A DNA stretch of 64,000 nucleotides from Chiloscyllium plagiosum. Lineage: Eukaryota. Position numbers and translations under genes: made by a program. The notes under the pieces are model-generated. The model was not told where the DNA came from and made no database searches. It worked only from the letters and a program-made list of their open reading frames with translations. This document shows, one piece after another, positions 23,101 through 36,879 of the stretch (positions are counted from its first letter, which is position 1; each line of letters starts with the position of its first letter). The stretch spans positions 50,401,907-50,465,906 of the forward strand of contig NC_057728.1 of the NCBI RefSeq assembly GCF_004010195.1. The letters are read 5' to 3'.

Positions 23101-25429
23101 TGTCAAAACCAGATTAGTGTGTCACCTACAAACAGTTTGAAATATCATTGCCAAGTAAGACCATGACAATGCCTAATTGGTCTTGTGAAATCATCATTGA
23201 ATTACGTAGTAGTCTGGGCATGTTTCATTTAGAGAACTGAGCTTCTATCTTTTCAATTTGTATGTTTTTGCCTGATCGAAGGGAAATATTGTAGTTACTA
23301 AATATACTCTCCACATTGCCCTCACGTTTTCTTTATCACTCACTACAAGGATTTTATTTGTTAAACATTGGTGAATTGGTGTCATTGGCAGCCTTAGCAT
23401 CAATCAAACTTTAGATTGGTGTTGACTGGGTAGAACACTGTTTGGCCAGCATACCTATAGTTTCTGCTCTTGTTTTGATTTTTGGCATTTTTCAGAATTG
23501 AGTATTTTTGTGTAATTTTGAAGCATTAGGTTGCTTTGAAATCCTGCATTTCCCATCTGCAGTTAATCTACAAATTGAGTATTGAGTACAAAGTGAAGAT
23601 GAAAGTCTGACCGTTTCTAACTGTGCCAAAGGCATGGTCTTTGTTGAAAAGTTGTCTTTGCAGAGCTGTTCTTGAAGTTGTGTGGTTGAGGAAATACGTT
23701 GTTGGTCTGAGCTTGCTTTTCAGTCTGAATTGCTGTGCCCCTTATTAAACCAAAGACTGAGTATTTCAGTCTAAGGCTCTGCTTTTCTATCTTGATAAGT
23801 GGGTCTTCTAATTTACTTGCCAAACTGTATATTGTCATTGTTAGGCAAAATAATATATCTGTTATGATGCTGTGATAATTGAAAGCTGACATGTGCCTCA
23901 TGTTAGGATGCTGTCTTTTAAAATCAAACACTTTGTTTTACATATTTAGTTGTATGAGACACATAATTCAATTCGGGCAGAGAATGCCTTGAGATTGAAA
24001 TATCCAAATTGCAGCTGGCAGTTTTAGTTGTCCAGAGATTTTTTTATATCATTACCTTTTTAATTATGATGGTTGATTATTATTTTGCTAAAATGGTGGC
24101 CCTGGGTGCCAGTTCTGTCATATATTTATAACATTACATAAAGAAGAGTTTACTTACTGAGTTTGGAAATTTTGTACCTTGTGACATGAGTGCTTTGTGT
24201 GTCTCTGGATATGTTTTCTCCCCCACTTCAGTTCTAATAATATTTGAACATCTTGCAGTCTTCTCTGTTTGTTAATGGGGCTAGGTTATAACTATAAAAG
24301 CAAAACTGAGTCACTTTACATTAGTTGTGGTGGTGAAATTAAATTTTTCAATTTTTAGAGAGAATAAAGAAAATTTAATAGATCAGAATGTTTCAAATTA
24401 CTATTTGGAAGATTCTAAATAACAGCTTGACCCTATTGAAAATAACATACCGTGGACAAGTTATTTTACTCTTTGTTCACTGGTACTGTGTAAATAGTAT
24501 TTAGTATTTATTTTCCACTTCTACCAGTTCTAACTAGTGAAATGTTCTTCTGTAGTAGTGCATGAATATCTGTTGGTCTGGACTGTTCTGATAAAGATGC
24601 AGCGATATAACTGTACCTTAATTGCCCAGCTATTCTAATCTTTTACTTTGTCATAGAGAAACACCAACTGTTTTTTAGCATCATCTGACACCACTCCACT
24701 ACTTGCAGAGCAAAGTCAAGAGGTGAATAGCCCACTAATGTTCCCATTAATCTTAGGATCACCATGCATCAGCAATTTTTGTAAGCTGGAGTTCATAAAG
24801 GAGTCATTTTTAAAACCCTTGTATGTTTGAGCACAACCCTACAATTGGGTGTAGTGCATATTAATTTTTTAAATAGATGTCTAAATTAAATGGTTAAATT
24901 TGACCTTCTCTTGCAAAGTAGCCAAAATGAATCTAAATTTAGTCTTTCAGACTTGATCTCCTTGTAAATAGATGGTTAGAACTTATACATAGAAATTACT
25001 CTAATTCCCTGTTGTAGGTCATAAATAAATGACATATAATGTGGATGTTGTCATCGTGCGTATTCCACTGGATTTTTAAAGCAGTTCTATGAAGGCTGTA
25101 TTAACATGTAATCCCTGAATTTAACTTGTGTCAAGGTCATAAATATGGTTGAGCTGTTACTGGGAGAAAATTAATTCATGCAATGGAAACAATCAATTCT
25201 AAGCTTTGTCCAAGCTTATTTTTAGAGAATGTAAAGGAGTAAATCACTATGTTCTAGAAAGGTCTTAATTTTAGTATTTTTGAGAAATAGACTTGAATAA
25301 AGTGGAAAAATTAGTGATATAACTGCGTAACTGTGAAAGCTGTAATAATGCTGCTGTTTTGAGGAACTACACATTATCTTTTGGATTTAAAAGAATGCCT
25401 GGTGAGCATGAGTGTGAAAAGTTAATAGA

Positions 25430-25635
25430 AGATTAGAGTGGTGCTAGAAAAGCACAGCAGGTCAGGCAGCATCCGAGGAGCAGGAAATCAAAGTTTCGGG
25501 CAGGAACCCTTCATCAGGTTCCTGCCCGAAACGACAATTTTCCTGCTACTCGGATGCTGCCTGACCTGCTGTACCTTTCCAGCACCACTCTAATCTTGAC
25601 TCTGATCTCCAGCATCTGCAATCCTCACTTTCGTC
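25430..25635 (+). mobile_element. Fold-back family short element
   Basis: Two inverted arms, a central cttcatcagg / cccgaaac core remnant and the common tail. Confidence 0.85.
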
Positions 25636-25959
25636 AAGGTTAATGCAAGTCTAACAATCTAGTAGAGACTGTTGAACTAAATGAGACTATTAAAATCAAC
25701 AAATTAACTTTTAGAGTGGTACCTCCTGTATGTTTTTAATTTCATGAAGTTATACATAGGATTTTACAACAGTGGCCACTTGGCTTATTGTGCCTTTGGA
25801 AGAGCCATTGAATTAATCTCATACTGTACTTTCTTACAAAACAAAAATAACATTGAAATGATCAGCAAGTCTGTCTAAAGAAAGAGAAACAATTAATATT
25901 TCAGAATTATAGAATGACTCATTTCAAATTTCCAGCATCTGCTGTGGTTTGCCCCATTC

Positions 25960-26412
25960 TTTCCCATTTACCTGCAAACCTTTTCTCTCCAAATGTACGT
26001 TCAATTCCCGTTTAAACCTTAAGTGAATCATCATCCACCACCCTTGCTGGCAACACATTCCAGATCACCATAACTCTGTTTAAAATGGTTTCATTAACAC
26101 TTTGGGGTGTTTTTTGAATTTTCATCTTAAATCTTAGTCCTTTGGTTACTAATTCTCTTGCCACTAGAAACCGTTGTTTCTTATTTGCACTGGATCTTAT
26201 TTGATTTGATATATCTCTCATCAAATTTTAATCTTGATCTTCTCTGCTGGAAGGAGAGTGACCATAACATTTGCAATATTTATGTAACTGAAGTCTCTCA
26301 TCTCTTGTATCCAAGTAAATCTCCTCTGCATAGTCTTTAAGATCTTGCAGATTCTCCTAATGTGTAATGCCTGGAATTGGACACAATACTCTATCTGGGG
26401 TTTAGTCAACAC
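25960..26412 (-). mobile_element. Old CR1 fragment
   Basis: Minus-strand pieces PQIEYCVQF and RVMVIWNVLPARVV. Confidence 0.7.
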
Positions 26413-26703
26413 TTTGTCAAAATAGCTGGAGTTTAGTCAACTTTTCATCAAAGTTTAGCGTAGTCAGGTAATGGTATAAGAACAGTAAAATGTAATCTGA
26501 AAGTATTGACATTCGAGTATGCTAACAATGTAATCCTAAAGTTTTGGAATGACTCTTAACTGTAAAATGGCCTAAGGTATTAACATTCTCATTTGGTCTG
26601 CTGCTTTGGATCCAGAATGGAGAGGGTGCCAGTATGACTAGTGCTCTCAGTGCTTTCTAGTTTTGTGTGAAATACGATTGAGCAATCTTACCTTCCATTT
26701 GGT

Positions 26704-28088
26704 CATAGAATCATGGAGATGTACAGCATGGAAAAAGACCCTTCGGTCCAACTCGTTCATGCCGACTAGATATCCCAACCCAATCTAGTCCCACCTGCTA
26801 GCACCTGGTCCATATCCCTCCAAACCCTTCCCATTCATATACCCATCAAGATGCCTTTTAAATGTTGCAATTGTACCAGCCTCCACCACTTCCTCTGGCA
26901 GCTCCTGCCATACACGCACCATCCTCCGAGTGAAAAACTTGCCCTTTAGGTCCCTTTTATATCTTTCCCCTCTCACCCTAAACCCATGCCCTCTAGTTCT
27001 GGACTCCCCGACCTCCGGGAAAAGACTCCGTGCCCCTTATTATTTTGTAAACCTCTATCAGGCCACCCCTCAGCTTCCGATGCTCTAGGGAAAACAGCCC
27101 TAGCCTATTCAACCTCCTTGTAGCTCAAATCCTCCAACCCTGGCAAAATCCTTGTAAATCTTTTCTGAACCCCTTCAAGTTTCACAACATCTTTCCGATA
27201 GGAAGGAGACTGGAATTGCACGCAGTAGTCCAACAGTGGCCTAACCAACATCCTGTACAGCCACAACATGACCTCCCAACTCCTGTACTCCATACTCTGG
27301 CCACTAAAGGAAAGCATACCAATCGCTGCCTTCACTATCCTATCTACCTGCGACTCCACTTTCGGGGATCTATGAACCTGCACTCCAAGGTCTCTTTGTT
27401 CAGCAACACTCCCTAGGACCTTACCATTAAGTGTAGAAGTCCTGCTAATACTTGCTTTCCCAAAATGCAGCACCTTGCATTTATCTGAATTAAACTCCAT
27501 CTGCAACTTCTCAGCCCATTGGCCCATCTGGTCCAGATCCTTTTGTAATCTGAGGTAACCTCTTCGCTGTCCACTACACCTCCAATTTTGGTGTCGTCTG
27601 CAAACTTATTAACTGTACCCCTTATGCTCGCATCCAAATCATTTATGTAAATGACAAAAAGTAGAGGGCCCAGCACCGATCCTTGTGGCACTCTACTGGT
27701 CACAGGCCTCCAGTCTGAAAAACATACCCTCCAACACCACGCTCTGTCTTCTAACTTTGAGCCAGTTCTGTATCCAAATGGCTAGTTCTCCCTGTATTCC
27801 ATGAGATCTAACCTTGCTAATCAGTATCCCATTGGGAACCTTGTCGAACGCCTTACTGAAGTCCATATAGGTCACATCTACTGCTCTGCCCTCATCAATC
27901 CTCTTTGTTACTTCTTCAAAAAACTCAGTCAAGTTTGTGAGACATGATTTCCCACGCACAAAGCCATGTTGCCTATCCCGAATCAGTCCTTGCCTTTCCA
28001 AATGCGTGTACATCCTGTCTCTCAGGACTCCCTTCAACAACTTGCCCACCACCGAGGTCAGGCTCACCGGTCTATAATTCCCTGGCTT
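26704..28088 (-). mobile_element. CR1/HER1-type LINE (RT to 3' end), relatively young
   Basis: QHGFVRGKSCLTNL, DFSKAFDKVP, VPQGSVLGPLLF, FADDTK, RPLLDYCVQF and (ctatgatt) tail. Confidence 0.95.
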
Positions 28089-28405
28089 AGTATTATTGTT
28101 GGACTATTAATTGACACTCTAGTAGTCTGCGAACCCAGATTCGAATCCTGCCGTGTCAAATAGTAGAATTTGAATTCCATAACTAACCTGGAATTAAAAG
28201 TCTAAAAGTCACCATGGACTTATTGTCAATTGTTGTGTTTAAAAAAAAACCCATCTGATTCACTAGATGACCTTCACATGATCTGACCTACATGAGACTT
28301 TCAACCATAGAAGGGTGGTTGACTTTTAAACTGCCTTCTGGTCAATTAGCAAAGGGCAATAAAATAGTGGGCTAGCCACCGATTTCCAGTTCCCATGAAT
28401 GATTA
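28089..28405 (+). mobile_element. tRNA-headed SINE with L2-type tail, plus strand
   Basis: B box gattcgaatcc, ctggaattaaaagtc and tail cccatgaatga. Confidence 0.65.
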
Positions 28406-28561
28406 AAGGTAAACATGAAAATGCTTGATGCTGTAGCCAGATTCTGAAATGAGCAAGCCTTCCTTTTCCTGGCACAACTGTCTTCCACCTTAATGAGTAC
28501 AATAAGTTACAATTTTGAGGGAAAATGGGTGATTGGGTTCAGGCTGCTCCGTTAGTGTTTG

Positions 28562-28668
28562 ATTCGGAGATGCTGGTGTTGGACAACTACCTGATGAAGA
28601 AGCAGCGCTTCAAAAGCTAGTACCTCTAAATAAACCTGTTGGATTACAACCTAGTGTTGTGATTTTCA
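28562..28668 (+). mobile_element. Second short Penelope-related family with a hammerhead-like core
   Basis: UAC-CUGAUGA-A-GAAGC-AGC-GCUUC-AAAAGCUA-GUA followed by aataaacctgttgga. 11-bp TSD gttagtgtttg at 28551-28561 and 28669-28679. Confidence 0.7.
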
Positions 28669-29724
28669 GTTAGTGTTTGCAGATGTGCTGTGTTGGTATT
28701 TCTATGATGCTCTTGATTATTTGAGGAGCTGCAATATAGTAATAACTGAAATTCAGCGAAGTATTCTTGCAGCCATCAGTTGAAAAAGTCAGGGGTTTTA
28801 AATAGTCAAACTGCATTGTTAATTTATAAGCCTTGACACACACCTGTGTTATGAATGTGTCGTTTCAGTATTGTATCATGTGTTAAGTTGTGAAGTTTGT
28901 GTTGGGATGGATGAATAGACTTTCAAATGAATGTAAAAACTAACAAACATTTTAACTTGTTAACCCTCGGGCTGAAACAAACCAGATTCTGAACAGAATT
29001 TAATTAAATGTTTTCTGTTCATTAAGATTAAATGTTTGAAGCGTTCTACTAAAAAAATTAGATGCCTTTTAAAAATAATGTTGTCTCTTTACGTCCCAAC
29101 TGTATCTAATTTACAGAACAGTAATTCCACTAATTAGAGTAGGCGGACAGAGGTTATAAAGAGTAGTAATTTGTTTTAACTGATTTGTAGTGAGAAAAGC
29201 TGGATTAGTTCAGTAGTACCATACTTTTGCTTTTGTGGTGCAAAATGCAATTGTTTATTAATCAACAATGCTGTTCAGTTAATGGGACACTTAACCGTTC
29301 GTTGATGCTGTGTCATGTACTGTAGTTTAAATTGCTTGGAGTTTTACAAGAATGCCAGCTGCTTTTCTCTCTTGTGACTCAGTTCTGGCTTTGGATAGGG
29401 TAGGAGTGCAATTAGGTTACTCTTGTCTTCAAGGCCATTTAATTATTTCCATTTTAGCTGGAGGGCATTATGCAAAACAGTTTCTGAATTGTTTATCAAC
29501 AAGTATAAGGAGCTTTTCTTGCAAACTTGAATGTTTCAGGAAATCTAACAGCAAAAATTTTTCCCTCCTAAATAAAGAAAAGAGAAATCTATTCCAGTAA
29601 ATTTACCATGATAAGACAGTCGAATGTAAATCCATGGAAGCAAACTAGAAAATCTAGAAGCATGATTGGGACTGGTGGCCATAAAATGGATCTAAATTGT
29701 AATTTGTAGTTGAGATTTTTAAAA

Positions 29725-30254
29725 ATGTGGGATTTGGGCATTGCTGGCTGTCCAGTATTTTTATTGGCTGTCCCTAGTTTCTTTTGAGAAGGTGGTGGTG
29801 AGCTGCCACCTTGAGTCTGCAGTTTACATACTGTGTAAGTTGACCCACAATGCTGTTAGGGAATTCCAGGATTTTGATCCAGGGTCCTATGACGATGCCA
29901 GATGGTCCATCCAGTTTCATTTCTTTGTGACTTTGTAGTATTTGATGCAATTGAGTGGCTTGCTGGGCCATTTCAAAGCGCAGTTGAGAGTCAACCATTG
30001 CTGTGGGTCTGGAGTCACATGTAGCCCAGACCAAGTGTGGATGGTAGATTTCCTTCCCTTAAGGACATTAGTGAACTGAATAGGTTTTTCTGACAGTCAA
30101 CAATGATTTTGTGGTCGTCAGTAGATTCTTAACATTTTTATTGAATTCAAATTCTACCAACTGTCTTGGTGGTATTTGAACTTGTACCCCAGCATATTAT
30201 CTGAATTTCTGAATTAATAATCCAGTCATATTACTACGAGGCCATCACCTCCCC
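29725..30254 (-). mobile_element. tRNA-headed SINE with L2-type tail
   Basis: Near full-length copy ending gaggccatcacctccc. Confidence 0.75.
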
Positions 30255-30496
30255 ATGGTTTACTTCATGTGGAATTTTTAATGATGTGGGAAGGGCTTTG
30301 GGTATATTTTTTTAACTATGTGAGTAACATTTTTGTGGTATTGGTTCATTGCTCTTTTGTTTTTCAGCCAGACAGACAAGTGGATAATGATATCTGTTTC
30401 ACAGAGACAAGGTCTGACCTATTCATGAATAAATAGAAATCTGGCTATTCCAGCTCATCACATTTGATTCTGGCGTATCTTCAGAAACCTGGATAG

Positions 30497-31432
30497 GACG
30501 TATGGTTAGTAAGTTTGCAAATGATACCAAAATTGGAGGTGTAGTGAGCAGTGAAGAAGGTTCCCTCAGAGTACAATAGGATCTTGATCAGATGGCCCAA
30601 TTGGTTGAGTGGCAGATTGCGTTTAATTTACATAAATGTGAAGTGCTGCACATTTGAAAGGCAAATCAGGCAGGATTTATACACCTAATGGTTAGGTCCT
30701 GGGGAGTGTTGCTGAACAAAGAGACTTTGGAGTGCAGGCTCATAGTTCCTTGAAAGTAGAGACACAGGTAGATGGGATAGTGAAGGTGGCACTTGGTATT
30801 CTCTCCTTTAGTGGTCAGTGCATTGAGTATCTGAGTTGGGCAGTCATGTTGTGGCTGTACAGGATATTGGTTAGGCCACTTTTGGAACACTTTGTGCAAT
30901 TCTGGTCTCCCAGCTATAGGAAGGATGTTGTGAAACTTGAAAGCATTCAGAAAAGATTTACAAGGATTTTGGCAGGGTTGGAGAGCTTGAGCTATAGTGA
31001 GAGGCTGAATAGGCTGGGGTTATTTTCCCTGGAGTGTGGGAGGCTAAAGGGTGACCTGATAAAGGTTTATAAAATCATGAGAGGCATGAATAGGGTAAAT
31101 AGACAAGGTCTTTTCTCCGGATGGGAGACCATAACTAGTGCGCATAGATTCAGGGTGAGAGGGCAAAGATATAAAAGGCACTTAAGGGGCACCTTTTTCG
31201 TGCAGATGGTAGTGTGTGAATGGCATGAACTGCCAGAGTAACTGATGGAGACTGGTACAATTACAACATTTAAAAGGCATCTGGATGGGTATATAAATAG
31301 GAAGGGTTCAGAGGAATATGGGTCAAATGCTGGCACATGGGGCTAGGTTTCTGTTGGATATGTGGTCAGCACGGACGATTTGGACTAAAGGGTCTATTTT
31401 ATGCTGTACATCTCTCTGACTCTACGACTCTG
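30497..31432 (+). mobile_element. CR1-type LINE 3' part
   Basis: FANDTK, LVRPLLEHFVQFWSP and (ctctatga)-like tail. Confidence 0.92.
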
Positions 31433-31724
31433 ATCTTTTAGTTGACCTGCTTTTGCCTGTGCACAATATTTTAGGATCTGTTAAATTTGAGTTGGTTCTG
31501 TAGCAGAAACAATTGAATGTTAAGGAATAAATTAATTGTTGATTTCTGTGTATTGAAGGTAGATGATTTGCTCTGAATTGTGAATGAGAGCTTCTTGTCA
31601 GTCAGAATTTTGAAAGAACTTTGGAATGGTGTTTTTTTTTAAGATTTAGTCTCCGTAATTCTTCCGAGCCATAGGACTGCTCTCTTTGATCTCTGCCTAT
31701 AAACTATGTTGGTGTACCCCCTCT

Positions 31725-31860
31725 CACTACGCCTGATGAAGAAGTATTGCTACGGAAGCTTGTGATTTCACACAAACCTGTTGGACTATAACCTGGTGTC
31801 ATGTGATCAGAGTTTTTGAGAATTTTGACTTTGTCCAACCCAGACAACACCGGCACCTCC
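31725..31860 (+). mobile_element. Second Penelope-related family, degenerate copy
   Basis: cctgatgaagaagtattgctacggaagcttgtg...aaacctgttggactataacctggtgt, similar to 28562-28668. Confidence 0.65.
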
Positions 31861-32099
31861 TGATTCTTATCAAAGAGGTCACCAAGCCTCAGGCAAAGGG
31901 AGACATTAAGAAGGCAAGTCCTTCGTAGTAACGTCAGCCAGTGTGGGAATTGAACCCTTGTCAACTGAACTAATTTCTGAAAACAATTGTTATGTCCCTT
32001 GTTACAGTCTGAAACTCCATCTTTTGCTTTTTAGCTTGACATTGCAAGTAGGGAAAATGACTGCAACCATTATAAAAGATTCATTCACAGAGTACTGAG

Positions 32100-33385
32100 A
32101 AATCTGTGACAGGATTGGACTGTCCACACGGATTTATAAAAGGGAAATCATATTTGACAAATGCATTGGAATTTTTTAAGGATGTAACTAGTATAGTTGA
32201 CAAGTAAGAAGCTGGTGATGGATGTGGTTTACTTATAAAACATAGAACAGTACAGCACAGAACAGGCCCTTCAGCTCACGATATTGTGCCGACCATTGGT
32301 CCTCATGTAAGGTAAATGTAATGTACGAACCCTCAAATTTCTGTGACCGTATGCATGTCCAGCAATCTCTTAAATATCCCCAATGACCTTGTTTCCACAA
32401 CTGCTGCTGGCAACGCATTCCATGCTCTCCACTCTGTGTAAAGAATCCGGCTCTAACATCCCTTCTATACTTTCCGCCAAACAGCTTAAAGCTATGACCC
32501 CTCGTGTTACTTGGACTTTCCAAATGCGTTTAATAAGATTTCATGTAAAAGGCCTGCATATAAAATAATAGTACCTATAAGTGGGAGTAGTGTGATGACA
32601 TGGATAGAGAACTGGCTGGTAGACAGGGAGCAAAGGATAGGAATAAATGGGTGGATACTGCAGGGTTCTGAGCTTGGAGCCAAGTTATTCAAAATATGTA
32701 TTCATGATTTGAATGAAAAAACTAAATGGAATATCTACAAGTTTGCAGACTACACAAACCTAGGGTGGGAATGTAAATTGAGAGGAGAATACAGAGGTGC
32801 TTCCCTGTGATTTGGGCAAGTTGACAGAGTTGGCAGATGTGGTATAATGTGATGAATGTGAGATTATCCACTTTGGTAGCAAAAACAAAAAGGCATTATT
32901 ATTTGCATGGTGATAGATTGGAAAAGGGAGGTTCAGCAAGACTTGGGTGTCCTTGTAAACCAGTTGCTGAAAGTAAGAATTCAGATGCAGCAGGTGAAGA
33001 TGACAAATGGTATATTGTCTTTTATAACGAATACATTTGAGTACAGGAGCAGGGATAGCTTCCTGCAGTTGTTTAGGACCTTGCTGAGATTATACCTGGA
33101 GTGTTGTGTGCAGTTTTGGTCTCCTTACCTGAGTTAGGATGTTTTGGTTATGGAGGGAGTGCAACAAAGATTTACCAGTCTAACTCCTGGGATGACAGGA
33201 CTGATGTGTGAAGAGTGACAGAATCAGTTAGGACTGTATTAACTGGAATTTAGAAGAATGAGAGGACATTTAGAAACATATTGGATTCTGACTAAATTAG
33301 AATAAATGCAGGAAGGATGTTCCCAATGACTGTGATGTCCAGAACCAGGAGGCACAGTCTAAGAATATGGCATACACCATTTAGA
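32100..33385 (+). mobile_element. Old CR1 fragment with a younger antisense CR1 3' end nested at ~32237-32506
   Basis: Host pieces WIENWL, FADYT and CVQFWSP. The insert is the reverse complement of the family seen at 19900-20177. Confidence 0.8.
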
Positions 33386-34270
33386 TTAGGAGAGTTTTTT
33401 AAAATTCACTCGTGGGATATGGGCATTAGTGATGGTCAAACAATTATTGCCTTCTTGTAGTTGCTCTTGAGAAGGTGCAGTGAGCTGCCACCCTGAACTG
33501 CTGCAGTTCATGTGATGTATTTTGATCCACAATGCTGTTAGGGAGGCAGAATTTTGACCCAGTGATGTTGAAAGAACAGTGATATATTTTCAGGTCTGGA
33601 GTTTATATGGCAGCTGTTTATATTTGAGTTAGGACAGAATTGAGCTTTTAATCCACCTGTTTGTACACGTTAATGTTCTGCCAGAGCTGTCTCCAACCGT
33701 TTTCCATTTAACTCTATCAGCATACACACCCATTCTATTCCCCTTCTTATCCAGCTTCCCTTTAAGTGCATCTGTACTATTTGCTTCAATGGCCCCTGCT
33801 GGTAATGCATTCCAAACTTTCATTGACTAAAGAAGTTTCTCTTGAATTCCCCATTGAACTTTATAAATCTAATCGTCCTCAGAATCTTTATTTTGGCCTT
33901 CCTAGAAATGAGCCTTGATAGGGTTACTCCATGAATCTTCCTTTTTCTAAGGAAAAGAAGCACAACTTGTTCAGTTTTTCCCTTGATTCAAAGGCAGTTG
34001 TTGTATCATCCTTGTGAATTTTCTTTTGCCCTTTTCTGATGCCTTGTTGGACTTTATAATATGGAATCAGAACTGAGTCACAGCTTCCGGATGTAATCTA
34101 ACCAAATTCGCAATTATTACAGTATTGGAGTAGGCTGTTTGGCCCATCTTGAATATACTGGCTCTCAAAAGGTGCTATTCAGTTAGTGCCACCACCACTG
34201 CCAGACTCTGCACGTTTATTCTTACTCAGGTCATCCAATTCCCTCATGATTGCTTTGATTTAACCTGTTT

Positions 34271-34533
34271 CCCGACTTAGGCGATTGACTGTGTGGAGTT
34301 TGCACATTCTCCCCGTGTCTGCGTGGGTTTCCTCCGGGTGCTCCGGTTTCCTCCCACAGTCCAAAAAATGTGCAGGTCAGGTGAATTGGCCATGCTAAAT
34401 TGCCCGTAGTGTTAGGTAAAAGGGGTAAATGTAGGGTAATGGGTGGGTTGCGCTTCGGCGGGTCGGTGTGGACTTGTTGGGCCGAAGGGCCTGTTTCCAC
34501 ACTGTAAGTAATCTAATCTAATCTAATCTAATC
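34271..34533 (+). mobile_element. HE1-type SINE, 5'-truncated, young
   Basis: Core and tail intact with CpGs retained, ending in (aatct)n. Confidence 0.9.
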
Positions 34534-36879
34534 AACCTAGTTTCCACCACACACTCTGGCATTGCATTCCATATGACAATTGCTGTGTAGAAAAAGGTTT
34601 TTCTTAAAGTTGTTGCTTTTGTCAGTTACTTGAAATTCTGTACTATATTAATCTCCATTCTCTCACCAATGGACATAATTCTACGTAGGTTTAACATAAT
34701 TTCCTCATTTAAAAAAAAATCCATTCTTTTGAAATGAAGTCTAATACTTGGTTTGCTTAATTTTTTTAATCTTTATTTCTATTTTGTGATTCATGTCTGT
34801 ATTCCTGAATCCCTTCACTTTTCTATCCTGGTTAGATTCTGATTTTAAAAGCACCGTGACTTTCTCAATCCTTTTACAAAAAATGCCCTATCTCACTTTT
34901 GTCTGCATTGAAATTTGTGTACCAGTTGAGCACTCTTCCTTACAAGCTTCATGACCTTTATTCTGCAATAAGATGTGGTGTCATATGCAAGTTTAAAAGA
35001 TGTACATCTAATTCCTGAAACTTAACAGTGAACAACAGTAAAATAAAGCAAAGAACTGTGAATGCTGAAAATCTGAAATGAAAGCAGAAATGGCGTGAGA
35101 AACTCCAGGACTGTGGAGAGTAGGTGGAGTTAATGTTTTAGGTCCGTTAACAATTCTTCAGAGCCCTGAGTTCTGAAGCTGACTCACTGGACCCAAAAGC
35201 TTAGCTCTGCTTTCTCTGCACAGATGCTGTCACACCTCTTGAGTTTCTCCAAAGCTTGTTTTTGTTTGATACATTTCCACCTTCCTTCAGTTCTAAGGAA
35301 GATATGTTTGTCAGATCTGGCCATCAAATTTATTATAATATCCTAGATCAGATCACCAAATTATGATCTGGTTAGGAACCAATAACCTTTATTTTTAAAG
35401 TAGGCAAAACGTGTGCTCCAGGGACTTTAAGAAAATAAAGCCACAAGATTCCACAGTTTTGAACAAACAAGACGACTGAACCATACAAGTTATGATCTAC
35501 AATACGTGTAACCCTGTTTCCAATACTTTAGATTTAAAATAGTGTCAACGAAACAGATGCTTCAATCCATCCAGTCCATGCCAATTCCAAACTAAACTAG
35601 TCCTACCTGCTTGCTCCTGGCATGTTCTTATCCAAGTGTCTTTTACATGTTGTAACTGTATCCACATCCGCCACTTCCTCAGGAAGTTCATTTCATACAC
35701 AAACCACACTCTTTGTAAAAACGTTGCACCTCATCTTTTTAAAATCTCTTTCCTCTCACAAAAATGTGCCCCCTAGTCTTGAAATTCCCCCATGTTAGGA
35801 AACATGTCTGCCATTAACCCTATCTATACCATTCATGATTTTATAAACCTGTAATGTTACCTCTCAACCTCCTCCACACTCATGAAAAATGTTTCAGCCT
35901 ATCCAATCTGCCTACTAACTTCTAGACCTTGTTCTTGAGTTAGTTCTAACAGCACAGTGCCATCCAATTGCTCATGATTCTTTTCTAGTAGTACAGCTAA
36001 TATCCTAACATGCCAGTTCTGTCGCTTCAACTCTGACCTCAATTGTTTTTCTGTGATATTCAAACTGTCCTGAGTAATTTACTGAAAATGTGCCAATAAG
36101 TTCCAACATTATTGAGCAGAATTGAATGTTGCCATCCACTTGGAGCTCCCTGTACTACTTAGTTGGTGTTTCCATTTTCCCAGAATACTAAAATTTAAAA
36201 TAAATAATGCATGCAAGAGGATTAATCACGTTCAACTCAATGTTAACACTGTTTCTTTCCCCAGGTACTGCCTGACCTAATATTTCCATCACTTGGTTTT
36301 TTTCTTCTGATTGCTTTCTTGTTGAACATCTGGTTGTTTGTGCAATTAAATCACATTAGCGGTACATTTGTTTTAAAATAAAGTACCGACACTGGTATTA
36401 GCAGTGGAACCAACTTAACCGAAAATAAAACTATTCATATTCAAGTATTTGTGATTAATATGGTTTACTATTTTCTGGGATTCAGTTTTACTGGTACAAT
36501 GTTCCTTAGTGGTTTAGGTTGCATTGTGAATTAGCTTACTGTTACAGAAAGCAGTTGCTACTTGTACAATATAATTCTCAATTAATTGAAGCTTATTAAC
36601 CAAAGTTTCCAGGCTTGCTGCCGAAGTATGATGCAATACTCAGGAATTAACTTCCTATTAAATTACTCCTACATGTTGAATATGTGTTTGAGGCAAATTT
36701 AAAAAGAATGCTTGGTATATTTCATGTGTCAAGAAGATTCCTAATATCCAACTGCAGCGTAAAAATGAAAGATAAACTTATTTGTAAGATAGTCTCCCAT
36801 CTAAAGCTGTAGTACGATTGGGAATGTCTCAAACTGTAATCGGGTAAGGTACTAAAGTTATTAGTGTTATTTTAAAGTC

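Noticed and set aside
25430..25635. miRNA precursor hairpin or DNA-type MITE
   Set aside because: A dispersed repeat with an asymmetric tail, variable-length TSDs and a hammerhead core fits a Penelope-related retroelement better.
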